NCBI GenBank assembly: GCA_943354165.1
Contig: CALRBH010000005.1
Location: 18-64,017 of the forward strand
From: Candidatus Uhrbacteria bacterium RIFOXYB12_FULL_58_10
Lineage (GTDB): Bacteria > Patescibacteriota > Patescibacteriia > UBA9934 > GWF2-40-263
Length of the DNA: 64,000 nt
Reading direction: 5' to 3'
The notes beneath the pieces were generated by a model. It was not told where the DNA came from, made no database searches, and worked only from the letters and a program-made list of their open reading frames with translations. The position numbers and the translations under genes are program-made. Numbering within the stretch: the stretch's first letter is position 1; the number at the start of each line of letters is the position of its first letter. Of this stretch, positions 35,007-46,442 are shown piece after piece.

Positions 35007-35753
35007 ATGCCAGCCCTCGACATTCTTTTTGAAAATGCGGATATTCTTGCCATCAACAAACCGGCGGGACTTATTGTGCATGAGGTGAACGAGGGGGATG
35101 TGGAGCCGACGCTCGTGGATGCCATCGTGAAGCATGTTCCTGCCATCAAGAATGTTGGCGATGATCCCGTGCGCCCAGGCATCGTCCACCGCCTGGACCG
35201 AGACGTATCCGGAGTGATGGTGATTGCGAAGACTCCTGAAGCTTTCGAAAATTTAAAAACAGCATTTAAGGAGCGAACGGTTGTGAAGGAATACATCGCT
35301 CTTGTATACGGACAGCTCCCAAAGGAGTTCGACACCATCACTCTGAATATCGGGCGTTCCCAGCGCAGCGGGCGCATGGTTGGCCGGCCGACCTCGCAGG
35401 ATGGAATGGAGGCGATCACGGATTATGAGGTCATCGAACGCTTCCGCACCGCCACGCTCGCCAAGGTGAACATCAAGACGGGACGCATGCACCAGATCCG
35501 CGCGCACATGTTTGCCATCGGCCATCCTGTCGTCGGTGACACATTGCACACCCGCGTCATAAAAAAGATCCGTCCGATTGAGCTTGGACGCGTATTTCTC
35601 CACGCCGCCAAACTCACCATCCCGATGCTGGACGGTTCCTCAAAAACCTTCGAAGCGCCCATGCCGAAAGAACTGACGGACCTTCTCGCGAACATGCCGA
35701 AGCAGCAGATCAAAGTCAGCAGCCATAAAGACATACCTCTCGGCGATTTCTAA
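35007..35753 (+). CDS. RluA family pseudouridine synthase
   Basis: ILAINKPAGLIVH... HRLDRDVSGVMV ... RMHQIRAHM. Confidence 0.85.
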   Translation: MPALDILFENADILAINKPAGLIVHEVNEGDVEPTLVDAIVKHVPAIKNVGDDPVRPGIVHRLDRDVSGVMVIAKTPEAFENLKTAFKERTVVKEYIALVYGQLPKEFDTITLNIGRSQRSGRMVGRPTSQDGMEAITDYEVIERFRTATLAKVNIKTGRMHQIRAHMFAIGHPVVGDTLHTRVIKKIRPIELGRVFLHAAKLTIPMLDGSSKTFEAPMPKELTDLLANMPKQQIKVSSHKDIPLGDF

Positions 35754-35763
35754 AATCCTGCAT

Positions 35764-36315
35764 ATGGTCATCTCCATCACGGGCATGCCTGGATCCGGAA
35801 AGTCTACGGTCGGACGCGAGCTCGCAAAATCACTCAACGTTCCCTTCTATTCCATGGGCGACCTGCGCGCCAAAATGGCGATGGAACGCGGGTTGACCAT
35901 CGACCAGCTGAACGAGCTTGGAGAACGTGAATCGTTTACAGACAACGATGCGGACGCGTACCAGACCAAGCTCGGGGAATCCGGCGAAAGCTTCGTGGTG
36001 GACGGCCGGCTGTCCTGGCACTTCATCCCCCGCTCGTTCAAGGTCTTTCTCGACGTAGACGATGTGGAAGGCGCCCGCCGCATCTATGGGGCCTCCCAGA
36101 AGCACGCCCGGCCTGATGAGCGCCCGTATGCGAGCGTGGACGACGCCAAGGAGGCCATCGCCGCCCGCGTGGCCTCGGACCGGCGCCGCTATGAAAAGTA
36201 CTATGGGGTCGATTTTACCGACCGGTCCCGCTATGACCTGGTGGTAGACACCACGTCCTTCCAGGCCAAACAGGTCATTAAGCGCATTCTTGACAATCTG
36301 CCTGCACACAGCTAA
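35764..36315 (+). CDS. P-loop nucleoside-monophosphate kinase, cytidylate kinase-like (family 2)
   Basis: Walker A motif ISITGMPGSGKSTVGRELA in a 183-aa protein. Confidence 0.55.
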   Translation: MVISITGMPGSGKSTVGRELAKSLNVPFYSMGDLRAKMAMERGLTIDQLNELGERESFTDNDADAYQTKLGESGESFVVDGRLSWHFIPRSFKVFLDVDDVEGARRIYGASQKHARPDERPYASVDDAKEAIAARVASDRRRYEKYYGVDFTDRSRYDLVVDTTSFQAKQVIKRILDNLPAHS

Positions 36316-36416
36316 GGTTCCGGCACTTATAAACCAAGCAGCCTGGCTACGAACGCAGATCCTTCCCCTCCGTTGAGGGTCAGGATGCGGTCCTCTGGAA
36401 GGCGCTCATACGCATT

Positions 36417-36812
36417 ATGTCCGACGCAAAAGTAGTAAACCCGAACGACTCGGTCAAAGTCGCTTCCCCTAAGCAGGGCGAAGTCACCGTGATCCGCGTA
36501 GAAGACCTCAAGCCAGGCATGACGGTCCGCGTCCACGAGAAAATCTCGGACGTGTCCGCCAAGGGCGAAGCCCGTGAACGCGTGCAGATCTATGAGGGCT
36601 TGATCCTCGGACTGCGCGGCGCCGGCCTCTCCCGCACCATGACGGTGCGCAAGAACGCCAACGGCTGGGGCGTCCACAAGATCTACCCAGTTCGCTCCCC
36701 AGTAGTTTCAAAGATCGAACTCGTGAAGCAGGCCAAGGTTCGCCGCGCGAAACTTTCCTACATCATCGACCAGAAAAAGCCGTTCAAGCGCAAGCTCAAG
36801 GAACGCAGCTAA
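36417..36812 (+). CDS. rplS: 50S ribosomal protein L19
   Basis: PGMTVRVHEKI..RVQIYEGLILGLRGAGLSRTMTVRK..NGWGVHKIYPVRSPVV..RRAKLSY aligns with bacterial bL19. Confidence 0.85.
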   Translation: MSDAKVVNPNDSVKVASPKQGEVTVIRVEDLKPGMTVRVHEKISDVSAKGEARERVQIYEGLILGLRGAGLSRTMTVRKNANGWGVHKIYPVRSPVVSKIELVKQAKVRRAKLSYIIDQKKPFKRKLKERS

Positions 36813-36815
36813 AAC

Positions 36816-36850
36816 AAAAACCCCGGCCTTACGGCTGGGGTTTTTGTTTT
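36816..36850. terminator. Bidirectional rho-independent terminator
   Basis: aaaaaccccggcc-ttac-ggctggggtttttgtttt. Confidence 0.7.
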
Positions 36851-36855
36851 AGCTC

Positions 36856-38595
36856 TTAGAGATTCGCAAGGTCACGAGCGGTCTGGACGATGCCGCCGAG
36901 GCGGACATTGAACGACTCCGCTTCCGTGAGCTGGATCACCTTGGTCGGCCAGTCAGCCCCGAAGAGCTGGAGGGCGACGTCAGGGGAAGCAATGCGATTG
37001 ATGGTGTTGTTGGATCCAAGAACGTACACGTTCTTGGTGTCCCCGAAGATGCGAACGAGGGTTCCTGCAGCCACGGTTGCTTTTGGTGCAACTCCACCGA
37101 ATGGAATCGCGTTGAGCTCGGTCACAGAGATCGTCTTCACGCCACTAAAATTCTTAAAGTAGGTGAAGAAGGTGACCTCATCGTTGAAGACGAAGCGCAC
37201 CTCGTTCTTTACGAGATACACCGTCTTGCTCCCAGGAGCTTTTACGGCATAGATCCCGGAAGTTGGGTTCATCGTATCGATCAGGATGGAAGTCTTCATG
37301 GTAGCCGCATAGATGCGGCCATCAACGCCCTTCCAGTACGGACGGTTGTCCGCGCCGATGGCGGCAGAGGTTCCGCGGCCGATGTCGTGGGCAACGCCCG
37401 TGACACGGTCGAGGAAGGCAACCTGCGACTCAGCATTAATGCCGACGGCCTTGTTTCCGCGCACACCGGTGATTCCAATCGCCACCTGCTTTGGAGCAGA
37501 AGCGATGTCGAACACGTTCGTGCGAGAACCGCCGTTAGCGGTTGCCGAGAAGAGTTCCGTGCTGGTGAGCAAGAACCGACCGAATGCGGCGTTGCCAATA
37601 AACTTGGCGGCGCCGGAGGTGGAAAGTGAGAGGCGATCCTCTGCATCAATCCATGCCATACGATTGCCCTTAATCTGGTAGGCGTCCTTGATAGGGCGGA
37701 ACCAAGTAATGGTCTGGCCTGGGTAGTTCGTCGGCTCAGCCTGCAACTTTGGGTTGTAGGTGTGGCGCGTGTAGAACTGGAAGTACTCAATGGACCCATT
37801 CGAAAGGTAGTGGGCGGCCACGAGGTCTTCCGAGCTGATGGTGTAGCTTGTTGGCACGAATACCGCCTTGCCACGACGGGCATCGACGATCTTCGCATCC
37901 ATGAACCAGAGCTGCTTGTCTCCGTTCGGGAAGACCATCTTTACGAGGACTTCGCCGTTGAAGACATCCTGAATCTCTTCACGATTCAGCTGGAAGCGTT
38001 CGGTAGGCGGACGAGCTTTCTGCTCCTCATAGTCGTACACATACACCGCGGCCTGCTTAAAGGCCTTATTGGTGTTGGTGTGGTTCATTTCAACCTGGAA
38101 GAACACGTTCTTCCCTTCCACGAACACATCAATTTTTGTCGCTTCCGCAAAGAAGACGTTCGTAAGGAGATCTGTAACCTCGCCGGTAGCAAGGTTAACT
38201 TCCTTTACGTTCCAGCGGCTGTCGGACAGGCCGGTAGGAATGGCGTACACGAGACGTGTGCCGTTCTTCTCTACGCGCTCTGGGGAAAAGGCTCCCGCTG
38301 GCACGTTCTGAATGCGCTTCATGGACCCGCTGTTCAACAGAACAAGGTCATAGCGCTCGCAGCCAGAAGCGCCACAGGCGCCGGTTGGCTCCGCGATAAA
38401 CACGTTTCCACCCAAAGTGTATGGACCAAGGGCGCCGGTAGCAAACGGAAGGCGTTCGACGGAATAGCCGTCGTAGTGCCAGACCGCTTCGGTGACAACA
38501 CGCTCAAATCCACCAACGTCCGCGTGGACGCCGGTAGCGAGAGGAGCGAGGGCGGCAGACAAAGCGACTGCCGAGATCACAAGTGGTTTAAACAT
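36856..38595 (-). CDS. Hypothetical secreted protein (signal peptide, 579 aa)
   Basis: It has the N-terminal signal MFKPLVISAVALSAALAPLATGVHA and is beta-rich. No family is recognised. Confidence 0.6.
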   Translation of the reverse strand: MFKPLVISAVALSAALAPLATGVHADVGGFERVVTEAVWHYDGYSVERLPFATGALGPYTLGGNVFIAEPTGACGASGCERYDLVLLNSGSMKRIQNVPAGAFSPERVEKNGTRLVYAIPTGLSDSRWNVKEVNLATGEVTDLLTNVFFAEATKIDVFVEGKNVFFQVEMNHTNTNKAFKQAAVYVYDYEEQKARPPTERFQLNREEIQDVFNGEVLVKMVFPNGDKQLWFMDAKIVDARRGKAVFVPTSYTISSEDLVAAHYLSNGSIEYFQFYTRHTYNPKLQAEPTNYPGQTITWFRPIKDAYQIKGNRMAWIDAEDRLSLSTSGAAKFIGNAAFGRFLLTSTELFSATANGGSRTNVFDIASAPKQVAIGITGVRGNKAVGINAESQVAFLDRVTGVAHDIGRGTSAAIGADNRPYWKGVDGRIYAATMKTSILIDTMNPTSGIYAVKAPGSKTVYLVKNEVRFVFNDEVTFFTYFKNFSGVKTISVTELNAIPFGGVAPKATVAAGTLVRIFGDTKNVYVLGSNNTINRIASPDVALQLFGADWPTKVIQLTEAESFNVRLGGIVQTARDLANL

Positions 38596-38741
38596 AGGGT
38601 CAATATTGATTACTGCTTGTACAAGCCCTCCTTATGAAGGACCGCGCAATATAGCCTAAAAATCGACTTCTGTCAATGATCTTACCCCTTTATTTCCCTT
38701 TGTAAAGGACAAAAATACGGGCCGTGTTGGCCCGTATTTTT

Positions 38742-41603
38742 CTAGAAAATCGCTTTGAGAAACTTCCCTGTCACGCTTTCTTTTACTTTCGCCACTTCCT
38801 TTGGCGTCCCTTCCGCAACCACGCGTCCGCCGGCATCTCCGCCATCCGGACCCATATCGATGACCCAGTCGGCCCCCTTAATGACGTCCAGGTTGTGTTC
38901 GATGATGGTAACGGTGTTCCCCTTCTCCACAAGCTGGTGGAGCACTCCCATGAGGCGCTTGATGTCCTCGAAGTGCAGACCCGTCGTCGGCTCATCGAGA
39001 ATATACATCGTGCGTCCCGTGGCGCGGCGCGAGAGTTCCGTCGAAAGCTTCACACGCTGGGCTTCTCCGCCGGAGAGCGTGGTGGCGCTCTGGCCAAGGC
39101 GCAGATACCCGAGCCCGACCTCATGCAGAACATCGAGCTTGTCGAAGATGGCGGGCTGGTCCGCGAAGAAACGGCGGGCTTCCTCCACCGTCATCGAAAG
39201 GACGTCCGCAATCGACTTGCTCTTGTAGTGGACCTCGAGAACTTCCGCGTTATAACGCGTGCCATGACACTCGGAGCACTCCACGTACACGTCCGGGAGG
39301 AACTGCATTTCGATGCAGCGCATCCCGTCTCCGCCACAAGCCTCGCAACGTCCTCCGCCCTTCACGTTGAAGCTGAAATGTCCGGCGTCGAACTTGCGGA
39401 TCTTCGCTTCCGGCACCTCGGTGAAGAGGTCGCGGATGGCGGTGAAGACGCCAGTGTAGGTGGCAGGATTCGAACGCGGAGTCCGTCCGATCGGCGACTG
39501 GTCCACGGCCACAACCTTATCGATGTGTTCAATGCCCTTAATTTCCTTGTGGGCACCTGGGTAAACTTTTGCTCGATAAAAGTGCCTGGAAAGCGTGTTT
39601 CCGAGAATATCCAGAATCAGCGTGGATTTTCCGGAGCCGGAAACGCCGGTTACACACACTAATTTTCCAAGCGGAATATCTACGGATACATTTTTTAAAT
39701 TGAAGGCCGTAGCTCCCTCGATACGAACCGACTTTCCGTTTCCCTTCCGATAGTTCCGTGGAAGCTCGATCTTCTTCGCACCAGAAAGGTAGGCGCCGGT
39801 CAGCGACTCCTTATTCTTCGCGAGCTGGGCAGGAGTTCCTTCGGCAACAATCTCCCCGCCGTACTCCCCCGCTCCTGGACCCACGTCGAAGACGTAATCC
39901 GCCGCCTGAATCATCGCTTCATCGTGTTCGACGACGATTACAGTGTTTCCTAGGTCGCGCAGGCGCTTGATGGTTTCGATGAGCTGGTCGTTGTCGCGCG
40001 AGTGCAGCCCGATGGACGGCTCATCAAGAATATAAATGACGCCGGAGAGCGAGCTTCCAAGCTGGGTCGCAAGGCGCACGCGCTGCGCTTCCCCGCCGGA
40101 GAGCGACATCGCGGAACGGTCGAGCGTGAGATAGCCGAGACCGACATCCGTAAGGTGCGTGAGACGAGCGACGACTTCCTTCGCGACGCGTTCTGCGACC
40201 ATCCGTTCTTCCTTCGAAAGATCATCCCAGGTCACATCGGACTTCCCTTTCTTTTGTGCGAACGATGCGAACCATTCGAACGCCTTGCCGATCGGAAGGT
40301 TCACGACATCAGCAATGTTACGCGTACCAATGAGGATCGCGAGCGCTTCCTTGCGCAGGCGCTTCCCCATGCAGGCCGGGCACATCATGGTGCGCATGTA
40401 AGTCTCGAGCTCGGTGCGGACGTACTCGGAATCGGTTTCCTTGTACTTGGCTTCGAGCTGGGCGAGCACGCCTGGGAAGGTGACCTGTGCGCCGTCGAGT
40501 TCGTACGTCTCATCACCCGTTCCTTCGAGGGCAATCTTGAACTTATCCTTTGGAAGCTTTTCGACGGGGACGCTCATGGAGAACTTGTGGCGCTTGGCGA
40601 CGAGTTCGAGGAGGCGCTGGTAGCTGGTCTGGTTCCCGGCGATGCGCGTCCAAGGGCGCACGGCGCCTTCTGCGAAGGAGAGGCGGGGATTTGGGATCAC
40701 GAGGTCAGCTTCGAGGACGAGCTTCACGCCAAGGCCGGTACAGTCTGGGCAGGCGCCATGAGGGGAATTGAAGGAAAAGAGGCGTGGCTCCGGTTTTGGG
40801 AGGTTCACGCCACAGCGCGGGCAGGAAAAACTCTGCGAGAAAAGCGTTTCGTCTCCCGTATCATCATTCACCGCGACCATGAGCCCGTTTCCGTACTCAA
40901 GCGCCTTCTTTACGAAGTTCTCGAGCGTGGCGTTGTCGTACGTGTTCCCTGCGAGGAGCTCGACGACGAGCATGTCCACGGAATGCGACTTCTTTTTGTC
41001 CTTGCGCATGGCGATGGCTTCATCGGTATCCATAAGAAGACCGTCGAAACGCACGCGGGTGAATCCGGCATCAAGCGCGGCCACGAGGGCGGCCTTGTGT
41101 TCGCCTTTCTGCTCGCGAATGACCGGAGCGAAGAGTTGGATCGTGCCCTTCCCCATAAGGATGCGCATGCGCTCGAGGATCTGCGGCAATTTCTGCTCGG
41201 ACACCGCATCGCCGCAGGTCGGACAGTGCACGCGGCCAGCGCGGGCGAAAAGCAAACGGAGGAAATCGTAGATTTCCGTGACGGTCCCAACGGTGGAGCG
41301 CGGGTTATGCGAAGAAGACTTCTGATCGATGGCGATGGTCGGCGAGAGTCCCGTAATCTCATCCACGTCCGGCTTGTCCTGCAGTTCCAAGAACTGGCGG
41401 GCGTAGCTCGAAAGCGATTCCATGTAGCGGCGCTGCCCCTCGGCATACACCGTGTCGAACGCGAGCGAAGATTTTCCGGAGCCGGACAGGCCAGTGAACA
41501 CCACCAACTTCCCCTTCGGAATATCTACATTCACGTTCTTCAGATTGTTAACTCTGGCGCCGCGGACAGAGATGAAATCGGTGTGGGAAGAGCGTTGAGA
41601 CAT
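38742..41603 (-). CDS. uvrA: Excinuclease ABC subunit A
   Basis: It has two ABC ATPase modules ([14 protein letters not shown] and [10 protein letters not shown]), zinc fingers (CPTCGD and CEACGGDG) and signature motifs (LSGGEAQR). The start is at [17 protein letters not shown]. Confidence 0.97.
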   Translation of the reverse strand: MSQRSSHTDFISVRGARVNNLKNVNVDIPKGKLVVFTGLSGSGKSSLAFDTVYAEGQRRYMESLSSYARQFLELQDKPDVDEITGLSPTIAIDQKSSSHNPRSTVGTVTEIYDFLRLLFARAGRVHCPTCGDAVSEQKLPQILERMRILMGKGTIQLFAPVIREQKGEHKAALVAALDAGFTRVRFDGLLMDTDEAIAMRKDKKKSHSVDMLVVELLAGNTYDNATLENFVKKALEYGNGLMVAVNDDTGDETLFSQSFSCPRCGVNLPKPEPRLFSFNSPHGACPDCTGLGVKLVLEADLVIPNPRLSFAEGAVRPWTRIAGNQTSYQRLLELVAKRHKFSMSVPVEKLPKDKFKIALEGTGDETYELDGAQVTFPGVLAQLEAKYKETDSEYVRTELETYMRTMMCPACMGKRLRKEALAILIGTRNIADVVNLPIGKAFEWFASFAQKKGKSDVTWDDLSKEERMVAERVAKEVVARLTHLTDVGLGYLTLDRSAMSLSGGEAQRVRLATQLGSSLSGVIYILDEPSIGLHSRDNDQLIETIKRLRDLGNTVIVVEHDEAMIQAADYVFDVGPGAGEYGGEIVAEGTPAQLAKNKESLTGAYLSGAKKIELPRNYRKGNGKSVRIEGATAFNLKNVSVDIPLGKLVCVTGVSGSGKSTLILDILGNTLSRHFYRAKVYPGAHKEIKGIEHIDKVVAVDQSPIGRTPRSNPATYTGVFTAIRDLFTEVPEAKIRKFDAGHFSFNVKGGGRCEACGGDGMRCIEMQFLPDVYVECSECHGTRYNAEVLEVHYKSKSIADVLSMTVEEARRFFADQPAIFDKLDVLHEVGLGYLRLGQSATTLSGGEAQRVKLSTELSRRATGRTMYILDEPTTGLHFEDIKRLMGVLHQLVEKGNTVTIIEHNLDVIKGADWVIDMGPDGGDAGGRVVAEGTPKEVAKVKESVTGKFLKAIF

Positions 41604-41666
41604 AGTGCGTGCGATGCTATCAAACAAAACCCCGCCGGGCAAGGGGCGGGGATAGATATCACTAAT

Positions 41667-43280
41667 TTACTCGCGCGCACCAGCAGGTGCTTCGCCTGAA
41701 TCAAATCGTTTTTGTGCGGCGCCAGGGGTGATACAGGAATCTAAAAGAGTCCCAGGGACAAATGCACATTTCTTGCCGATCTTTTGCTCCACACCACAAG
41801 GATCAGTCTCACACATCAGCTTGAGGGTTACTTCCCCCGACATAAAGTGTCCGGGTTGAAGATGGGTCATGCTCGTAATCGTTGTTCCCGTCGCCATTTC
41901 ATTTTGCACTTTCAAACTCTCATATTGTTCACAATTTTTTATGGTGTTGCAAACAATCGGAACCATCGCACATGTCCCTGTCGCCACATCATCTGCATAC
42001 CCCGCGACAAGTAGGGCTCCCGTCACCTTGGTCCCTGACCATAGGCTAGAGACAATAATCGACCCGGCACTGACAGCCGCCGCGGTTGTACCAACCACGC
42101 CAGATGCCGCTCCGACCGCTCCAACAGCCGCGGTCCCACCGCTGAGCACGAACGCAGCGGCTGCAGTTCCGATCGCAGCAGTAGCAAATGCGAGCATCTC
42201 ACCACCGCTCGAGATGGCATTAATGTCCTTTGTATAAAAGCACTGCTCTTTAGAAACTAACTTCTCGTTATTCATGACGACGTTCCTGGACAAGGTACTG
42301 CAAATTGCCGCCGAAGGAGGCACTTTACCTGGATTTCTGCTGGAGTCGGAAACCACCTCTTCACATCTCGTACAGATCCCTTTCCCATCTGGCTGAATTG
42401 CACACAGCTTGCCGGCCTCACCGTTACAATCTTTTCCTGTCACAGACCCTCGGAAAGAGCACAAGGAACCGTCAGCCTGTTCAACACCAGCTTCGTTTTT
42501 TATGATCACTCCTTTATCCCCACACTTCCCAGAAGTAATTGGTTTACTATTTTTATCACCAATCGTAAATTTTTTCTCAATCAATTCTTCGCAACTGAAC
42601 CCTCCGGTAAGAGCTACGTTCCGAGGCATCGGCATGCTTGGGACCTGTAATTTTACGAGCTGCGGGTTCACGGTGAAGAGAATTACGTAGGCACCCATAA
42701 GAAGAACGAGACCGATGACCGCATTTTGGATCATCCCCTTGGCCTTTGCCGTCTCCCCCGTCTGCGCCGCAAGGATATATCGCAACCCTCCGATCATCAA
42801 AAGGACGATTGCAATAGTGACTGATACCCCAAGCAAAAACTGGTAAGCCTTCTCAATATAATCCCCAAGGTCTGTCACAGTAATGACTCCTGCTCCAAGA
42901 GGAATGGAAAGTGAAATCCCTTCTGAATTGATTGGAAAACAATACCCTCGTTCTCGTGAGCATCTCGGGGCATCATCTTGAAACTCACCGGTTATTTTTC
43001 CATCAGGAGATTTGAAGGATGTGCATTGTTTTTTGGTAAAACAGAACAAGCCGGTGTCCGGATGTTGATCGAGTGTCTGTGCACAGACGATCATGGCATT
43101 TCCATCGCTGGCACAGGCAGCGCTACACGCCTCCGCAATTGTCTTTCCCTTAAGCTGCGCGAACTTACTCGTCTCGCACCAACAATCGCACGCAGGGCCC
43201 GACTGCGCGCCTGCTGGCATCGGCAACGCTAAGAGCAGTGTGGCGATAGAGAGGAGGATGGAGGCAAAGACACGTCGCAT
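41667..43280 (-). CDS. Cysteine-rich secreted protein with a central TrbC/VirB2-like double-TM hairpin and an Ala/Gly-rich region
   Basis: It has the signal peptide [25 protein letters not shown], about 30 Cys residues and two adjacent hydrophobic helices ([51 protein letters not shown]). It has its own terminator at 41627..41655. Confidence 0.6.
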   Translation of the reverse strand: MRRVFASILLSIATLLLALPMPAGAQSGPACDCWCETSKFAQLKGKTIAEACSAACASDGNAMIVCAQTLDQHPDTGLFCFTKKQCTSFKSPDGKITGEFQDDAPRCSRERGYCFPINSEGISLSIPLGAGVITVTDLGDYIEKAYQFLLGVSVTIAIVLLMIGGLRYILAAQTGETAKAKGMIQNAVIGLVLLMGAYVILFTVNPQLVKLQVPSMPMPRNVALTGGFSCEELIEKKFTIGDKNSKPITSGKCGDKGVIIKNEAGVEQADGSLCSFRGSVTGKDCNGEAGKLCAIQPDGKGICTRCEEVVSDSSRNPGKVPPSAAICSTLSRNVVMNNEKLVSKEQCFYTKDINAISSGGEMLAFATAAIGTAAAAFVLSGGTAAVGAVGAASGVVGTTAAAVSAGSIIVSSLWSGTKVTGALLVAGYADDVATGTCAMVPIVCNTIKNCEQYESLKVQNEMATGTTITSMTHLQPGHFMSGEVTLKLMCETDPCGVEQKIGKKCAFVPGTLLDSCITPGAAQKRFDSGEAPAGARE

Positions 43281-43287
43281 ATCGGTT

Positions 43288-44007
43288 CTACTTGAGGGCC
43301 CGTTGAATAAGCGCGTCCAGGACATCGGCGGGGATAGATCCAGGGATCATGGTTCCGTTCACGAAGAAGGTCGGGGTGCCTTTCACGCCTGCGGCGACCC
43401 CATCGGCGAAATCGGCGGCGACTTCCTTTGCGTACTTTCCGCTCGAAAGACAGGAACGGAAGGTCGCCTCGTTCAAATTGAGCGCACGGGCGAAGGTCTG
43501 GAGCTCGTTTGCCGACACTACTGACTGGTTTGCGTAGATCTTATCGTGATATTCCCAAAACTTCCCCTGGTCCCCCGCGCAGTTGGCCGCTTGTGCCGCC
43601 ATCTCCGCGAGCGGATGAAGTTCCGTGATGGGAAAGTCCCGATAGATGAACCGAACCTTGTCTCCATATTTGAGCGCGGCTGATCGAACGACGAAACTAG
43701 ACTCGCGCGAGTACGGACAGCCGAAGTCGGCGAACTCCACGATGGTGATCGGGGCCTTGGCGTTTCCAAGGGACGGATCGTCCGTGGTCGCCACGTTCGT
43801 CGAAGTTCCTGTAAGAGGGATGGAAGCGGCGATGGAGCTCGGGGTGTAGGCGGAAAGAAAGGCGAGTTGCGACGGATCGAGTTCCCCGGAGCGGATGAGA
43901 CGCGCGTAGTGGGTCACGCGCCACGCGAATACCCCAAACGCACCGATTGCACAGATGATGGCAACCCCTCCAAGCACTCGCCCAATTCTGATGCGCCCTC
44001 CCCACAT
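43288..44007 (-). CDS. DsbA-family thiol:disulfide oxidoreductase, membrane-anchored (CPYS active site)
   Basis: It has a TM anchor followed by a thioredoxin fold with FGCPYSRE. The start is at MWGGRIR; the ORF extends to 44163. Confidence 0.75.
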   Translation of the reverse strand: MWGGRIRIGRVLGGVAIICAIGAFGVFAWRVTHYARLIRSGELDPSQLAFLSAYTPSSIAASIPLTGTSTNVATTDDPSLGNAKAPITIVEFADFGCPYSRESSFVVRSAALKYGDKVRFIYRDFPITELHPLAEMAAQAANCAGDQGKFWEYHDKIYANQSVVSANELQTFARALNLNEATFRSCLSSGKYAKEVAADFADGVAAGVKGTPTFFVNGTMIPGSIPADVLDALIQRALK

Positions 44008-44211
44008 AGTGAAAGGAAGTATATCATGGTGAGGTATGGAGGAGCACGAGCGGGACGTCCGTACTACGGACGAAAAATTCAAGAAACGGCAGAAGAAGCT
44101 CCGGCCGACGATGAAGGTGAGCGGACGTGGGATGAAACGCTTTGCAGGACGCAAGATCCCCAAGCGTTGACGTAAGAGGTTACTTTTGATAGATTCTTGC
44201 CAACCAAATCT

Positions 44212-44430
44212 ATGATTTCCACCATCCTCAATTGGAGCGAGCTCGTCTTAGCCGGCCTCCTCACTGCCAGCATTCTCATGCAGTCCCGCGGCGCCGGCCT
44301 TTCGAGCGCTTTTGGCGGAGAAGGCAATGTGTACCGCACCAAGCGTGGCGTTGAGAAAGCCCTCTTTCAGGCCACAATCGTTTTCGCTATTTTGTTCTTC
44401 GGAACCGCTCTTGCGAATACACTGGTTTAA
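44212..44430 (+). CDS. secG: Preprotein translocase subunit SecG
   Basis: MISTILNWSELVLAGLLTASILMQSRGAGLSSAFGG.. matches SecG. Confidence 0.75.
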   Translation: MISTILNWSELVLAGLLTASILMQSRGAGLSSAFGGEGNVYRTKRGVEKALFQATIVFAILFFGTALANTLV

Positions 44431-44472
44431 CCTGTGTTCCAACGTAAACAATCGCATTCAAAGGACCTGGCA

Positions 44473-46251
44473 ATGCGTCAGGTTCTTTCAACCTTGAAGC
44501 GTTCTCGCTTCCCAAGCCTTCGCCAGTGGAAACATCTTCCACGGCTGCTTACGAGCACGGAACGACTCACTCTCCGTATCTGCCTGGGCGTTGGAATCGC
44601 TTCCCTTGCCATTCTCGCCACTTGGTACGTACTCACGCACCGTGCCGAGGTCCCAGCCGTTGGCGGAACCTATACAGAAGCCTTTATTGGAGAACCGAGA
44701 TTCATTAATCCGCTTTACGCCTCCACAAGTGACGCGGATGCAGATTTATCGCATCTTATTTTTTCCGGACTTGTACGTTGGGATCCCATCGAGGGGATCG
44801 TAAATGACCTGGCGGAAGAAATCACCATCTCGGAAGACGGAAAGACCTATACAGTCCAGCTTCGTGAGGATGCGCACTTCCACAATGGCACATCTGTCCG
44901 TGCAAGCGATGTCCTGTTTACTTTTGCGGCCGTTCAAAATCCGGAATATCGATCACCTCTTGCGGTGAGCTTTCGTGGCATCACCATCAGCCAAGTTGAC
45001 GACCTTACGGTTTCTTTTGAACTCACCAAGGCATTTGCCCCATTCATCGCAAGCCTTTCGTTCGGTATTCTTCCCTCCGAGCTCTGGGTAGACATTCCAG
45101 CAAAAAATGTTCCGCTTGCAGCCCTCAACCTTGAACCTATCGGGAGCGGTCCATTTAAGTTCAAGGAATTTTCGAAAGACAAAAAGGGGACCATTCTTTC
45201 CTATACGCTCGAGCGCAATGCAAATTTCTATGACGAGAAGCCGTTCCTAGAGACGTTCACGGCTAAATTCTACGCAAATGCCGAGGATGCCATTTCCGCG
45301 CTCGACAACCGCAATGTCGAGGGGGTTGCCTTTGTGCCACCAGAACAAGAGGATCGCGTCCTCAAATCCTCCATCGCCAGTTTGGCTCACCCTTCCATTC
45401 CTCTTACGGCTTCCATTTCATTCAACCAAGACAAGCACGCAGCCTTAAAATCGCTCGCTGTGCGCCAAGCGCTCGAACGTCTCATTGATCGGGAGGCGCT
45501 CGTTCGTGAAGCACTGCATGGAAACGGTCAAACGGCTTATTCCCCAATCCCTGACGGGATTCTTGGAGCAAGCGTGGATCTTGCAAAACATCCCTTCGAC
45601 CCAGGGGCCGCCATCGCGCTGCTTGAAGGCGCGAAGTTCATAAAAACGGAAGGTCAACCATACCGTTCTCTCCCGAAAGATATAGCGGATGCCCGCAAAA
45701 AGCAGCTTCCGGAGAATGCAGACCCCTCGACAGCATCGGTGCTTTCTGTTACCATTACCACGGTACAGAAACCGAAGTTCGTGCGCACGGCAGAACTTCT
45801 GAAGGCTCAGTTCGAGGCGGCCGGCATAAAAACAGAGATTGCGGTTGTGCCCGCCGAGAATCTCCTCGACTCCGTCGTAAAGCCAGGAGCCTACGAAATT
45901 CTTCTCACGGAAACCTTAACGGGAGGCGATCCTGATCCCTATCCGTTTTGGCATTCTTCTCAGATCGGCAACGGCGGACTCAATTTGGCGCATTACGCGA
46001 ACCGCAACGTAGACACGTTGTTAGAGGACGCGCGTGCGACCGTGGATCCAACCGTACGAGAAGCCAAGTACAAGGAATTTCAAACCATCCTCGCCGATGA
46101 GGTGCCTGCCGTATTTCTCTACCGTTCTACGTATGCATATGCCTACGCCAGCAAGCTTCGTGACGTGACGATTGATCGCATTCTGACCCCTCCAGACCGT
46201 TTTTCCACGATCTCCAAGTGGTTTGTGAAAACAAAGAAGGTGTTGAAGTAG
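44473..46251 (+). CDS. ABC transporter substrate-binding protein, family 5 (OppA/DppA-like), membrane-anchored
   Basis: The protein is about 590 aa with an N-terminal TM/signal anchor, the SBP_bac_5 fold and the conserved motif PYPFWHSSQ. Confidence 0.7.
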   Translation: MRQVLSTLKRSRFPSLRQWKHLPRLLTSTERLTLRICLGVGIASLAILATWYVLTHRAEVPAVGGTYTEAFIGEPRFINPLYASTSDADADLSHLIFSGLVRWDPIEGIVNDLAEEITISEDGKTYTVQLREDAHFHNGTSVRASDVLFTFAAVQNPEYRSPLAVSFRGITISQVDDLTVSFELTKAFAPFIASLSFGILPSELWVDIPAKNVPLAALNLEPIGSGPFKFKEFSKDKKGTILSYTLERNANFYDEKPFLETFTAKFYANAEDAISALDNRNVEGVAFVPPEQEDRVLKSSIASLAHPSIPLTASISFNQDKHAALKSLAVRQALERLIDREALVREALHGNGQTAYSPIPDGILGASVDLAKHPFDPGAAIALLEGAKFIKTEGQPYRSLPKDIADARKKQLPENADPSTASVLSVTITTVQKPKFVRTAELLKAQFEAAGIKTEIAVVPAENLLDSVVKPGAYEILLTETLTGGDPDPYPFWHSSQIGNGGLNLAHYANRNVDTLLEDARATVDPTVREAKYKEFQTILADEVPAVFLYRSTYAYAYASKLRDVTIDRILTPPDRFSTISKWFVKTKKVLK

Positions 46252-46258
46252 CGGTTTT

Positions 46259-46345
46259 GCCCAGGTGGCGGAATTGGTATACGCGCAGGTCTCAGAAGCC
46301 TGTGCCCTTACGGGCTTGAGAGTTCGAGTCTCTCTCTGGGCACCA
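46259..46345 (+). tRNA. tRNA-Leu (anticodon CAG), class II, CCA encoded
   Basis: GCCCAGGTGGCGGAATTGGTATACGCGCAGGTCTCAGAAGCCTGTGCCCTTACGGGCTTGAGAGTTCGAGTCTCTCTCTGGGCACCA. Confidence 0.9.
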
Positions 46346-46442
46346 TTCGACTCGCTGTTGCTCGCTCATGGTCTTTGACCATCGGAACGAATTTTTCAAA
46401 CTACTAACTACTTACTACAAACTACTAACTGTATTTTTTGCT

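Noticed and set aside
36316-36416. Putative promoter for rplS (TTGAGG...)
   Set aside because: The -10 is poor and there is no convincing spacing, so it is not supported well enough to report.
38724-41699. Plus-strand ORFs of 312 and 565 aa opposite uvrA
   Set aside because: They are antisense to uvrA and have no motifs.
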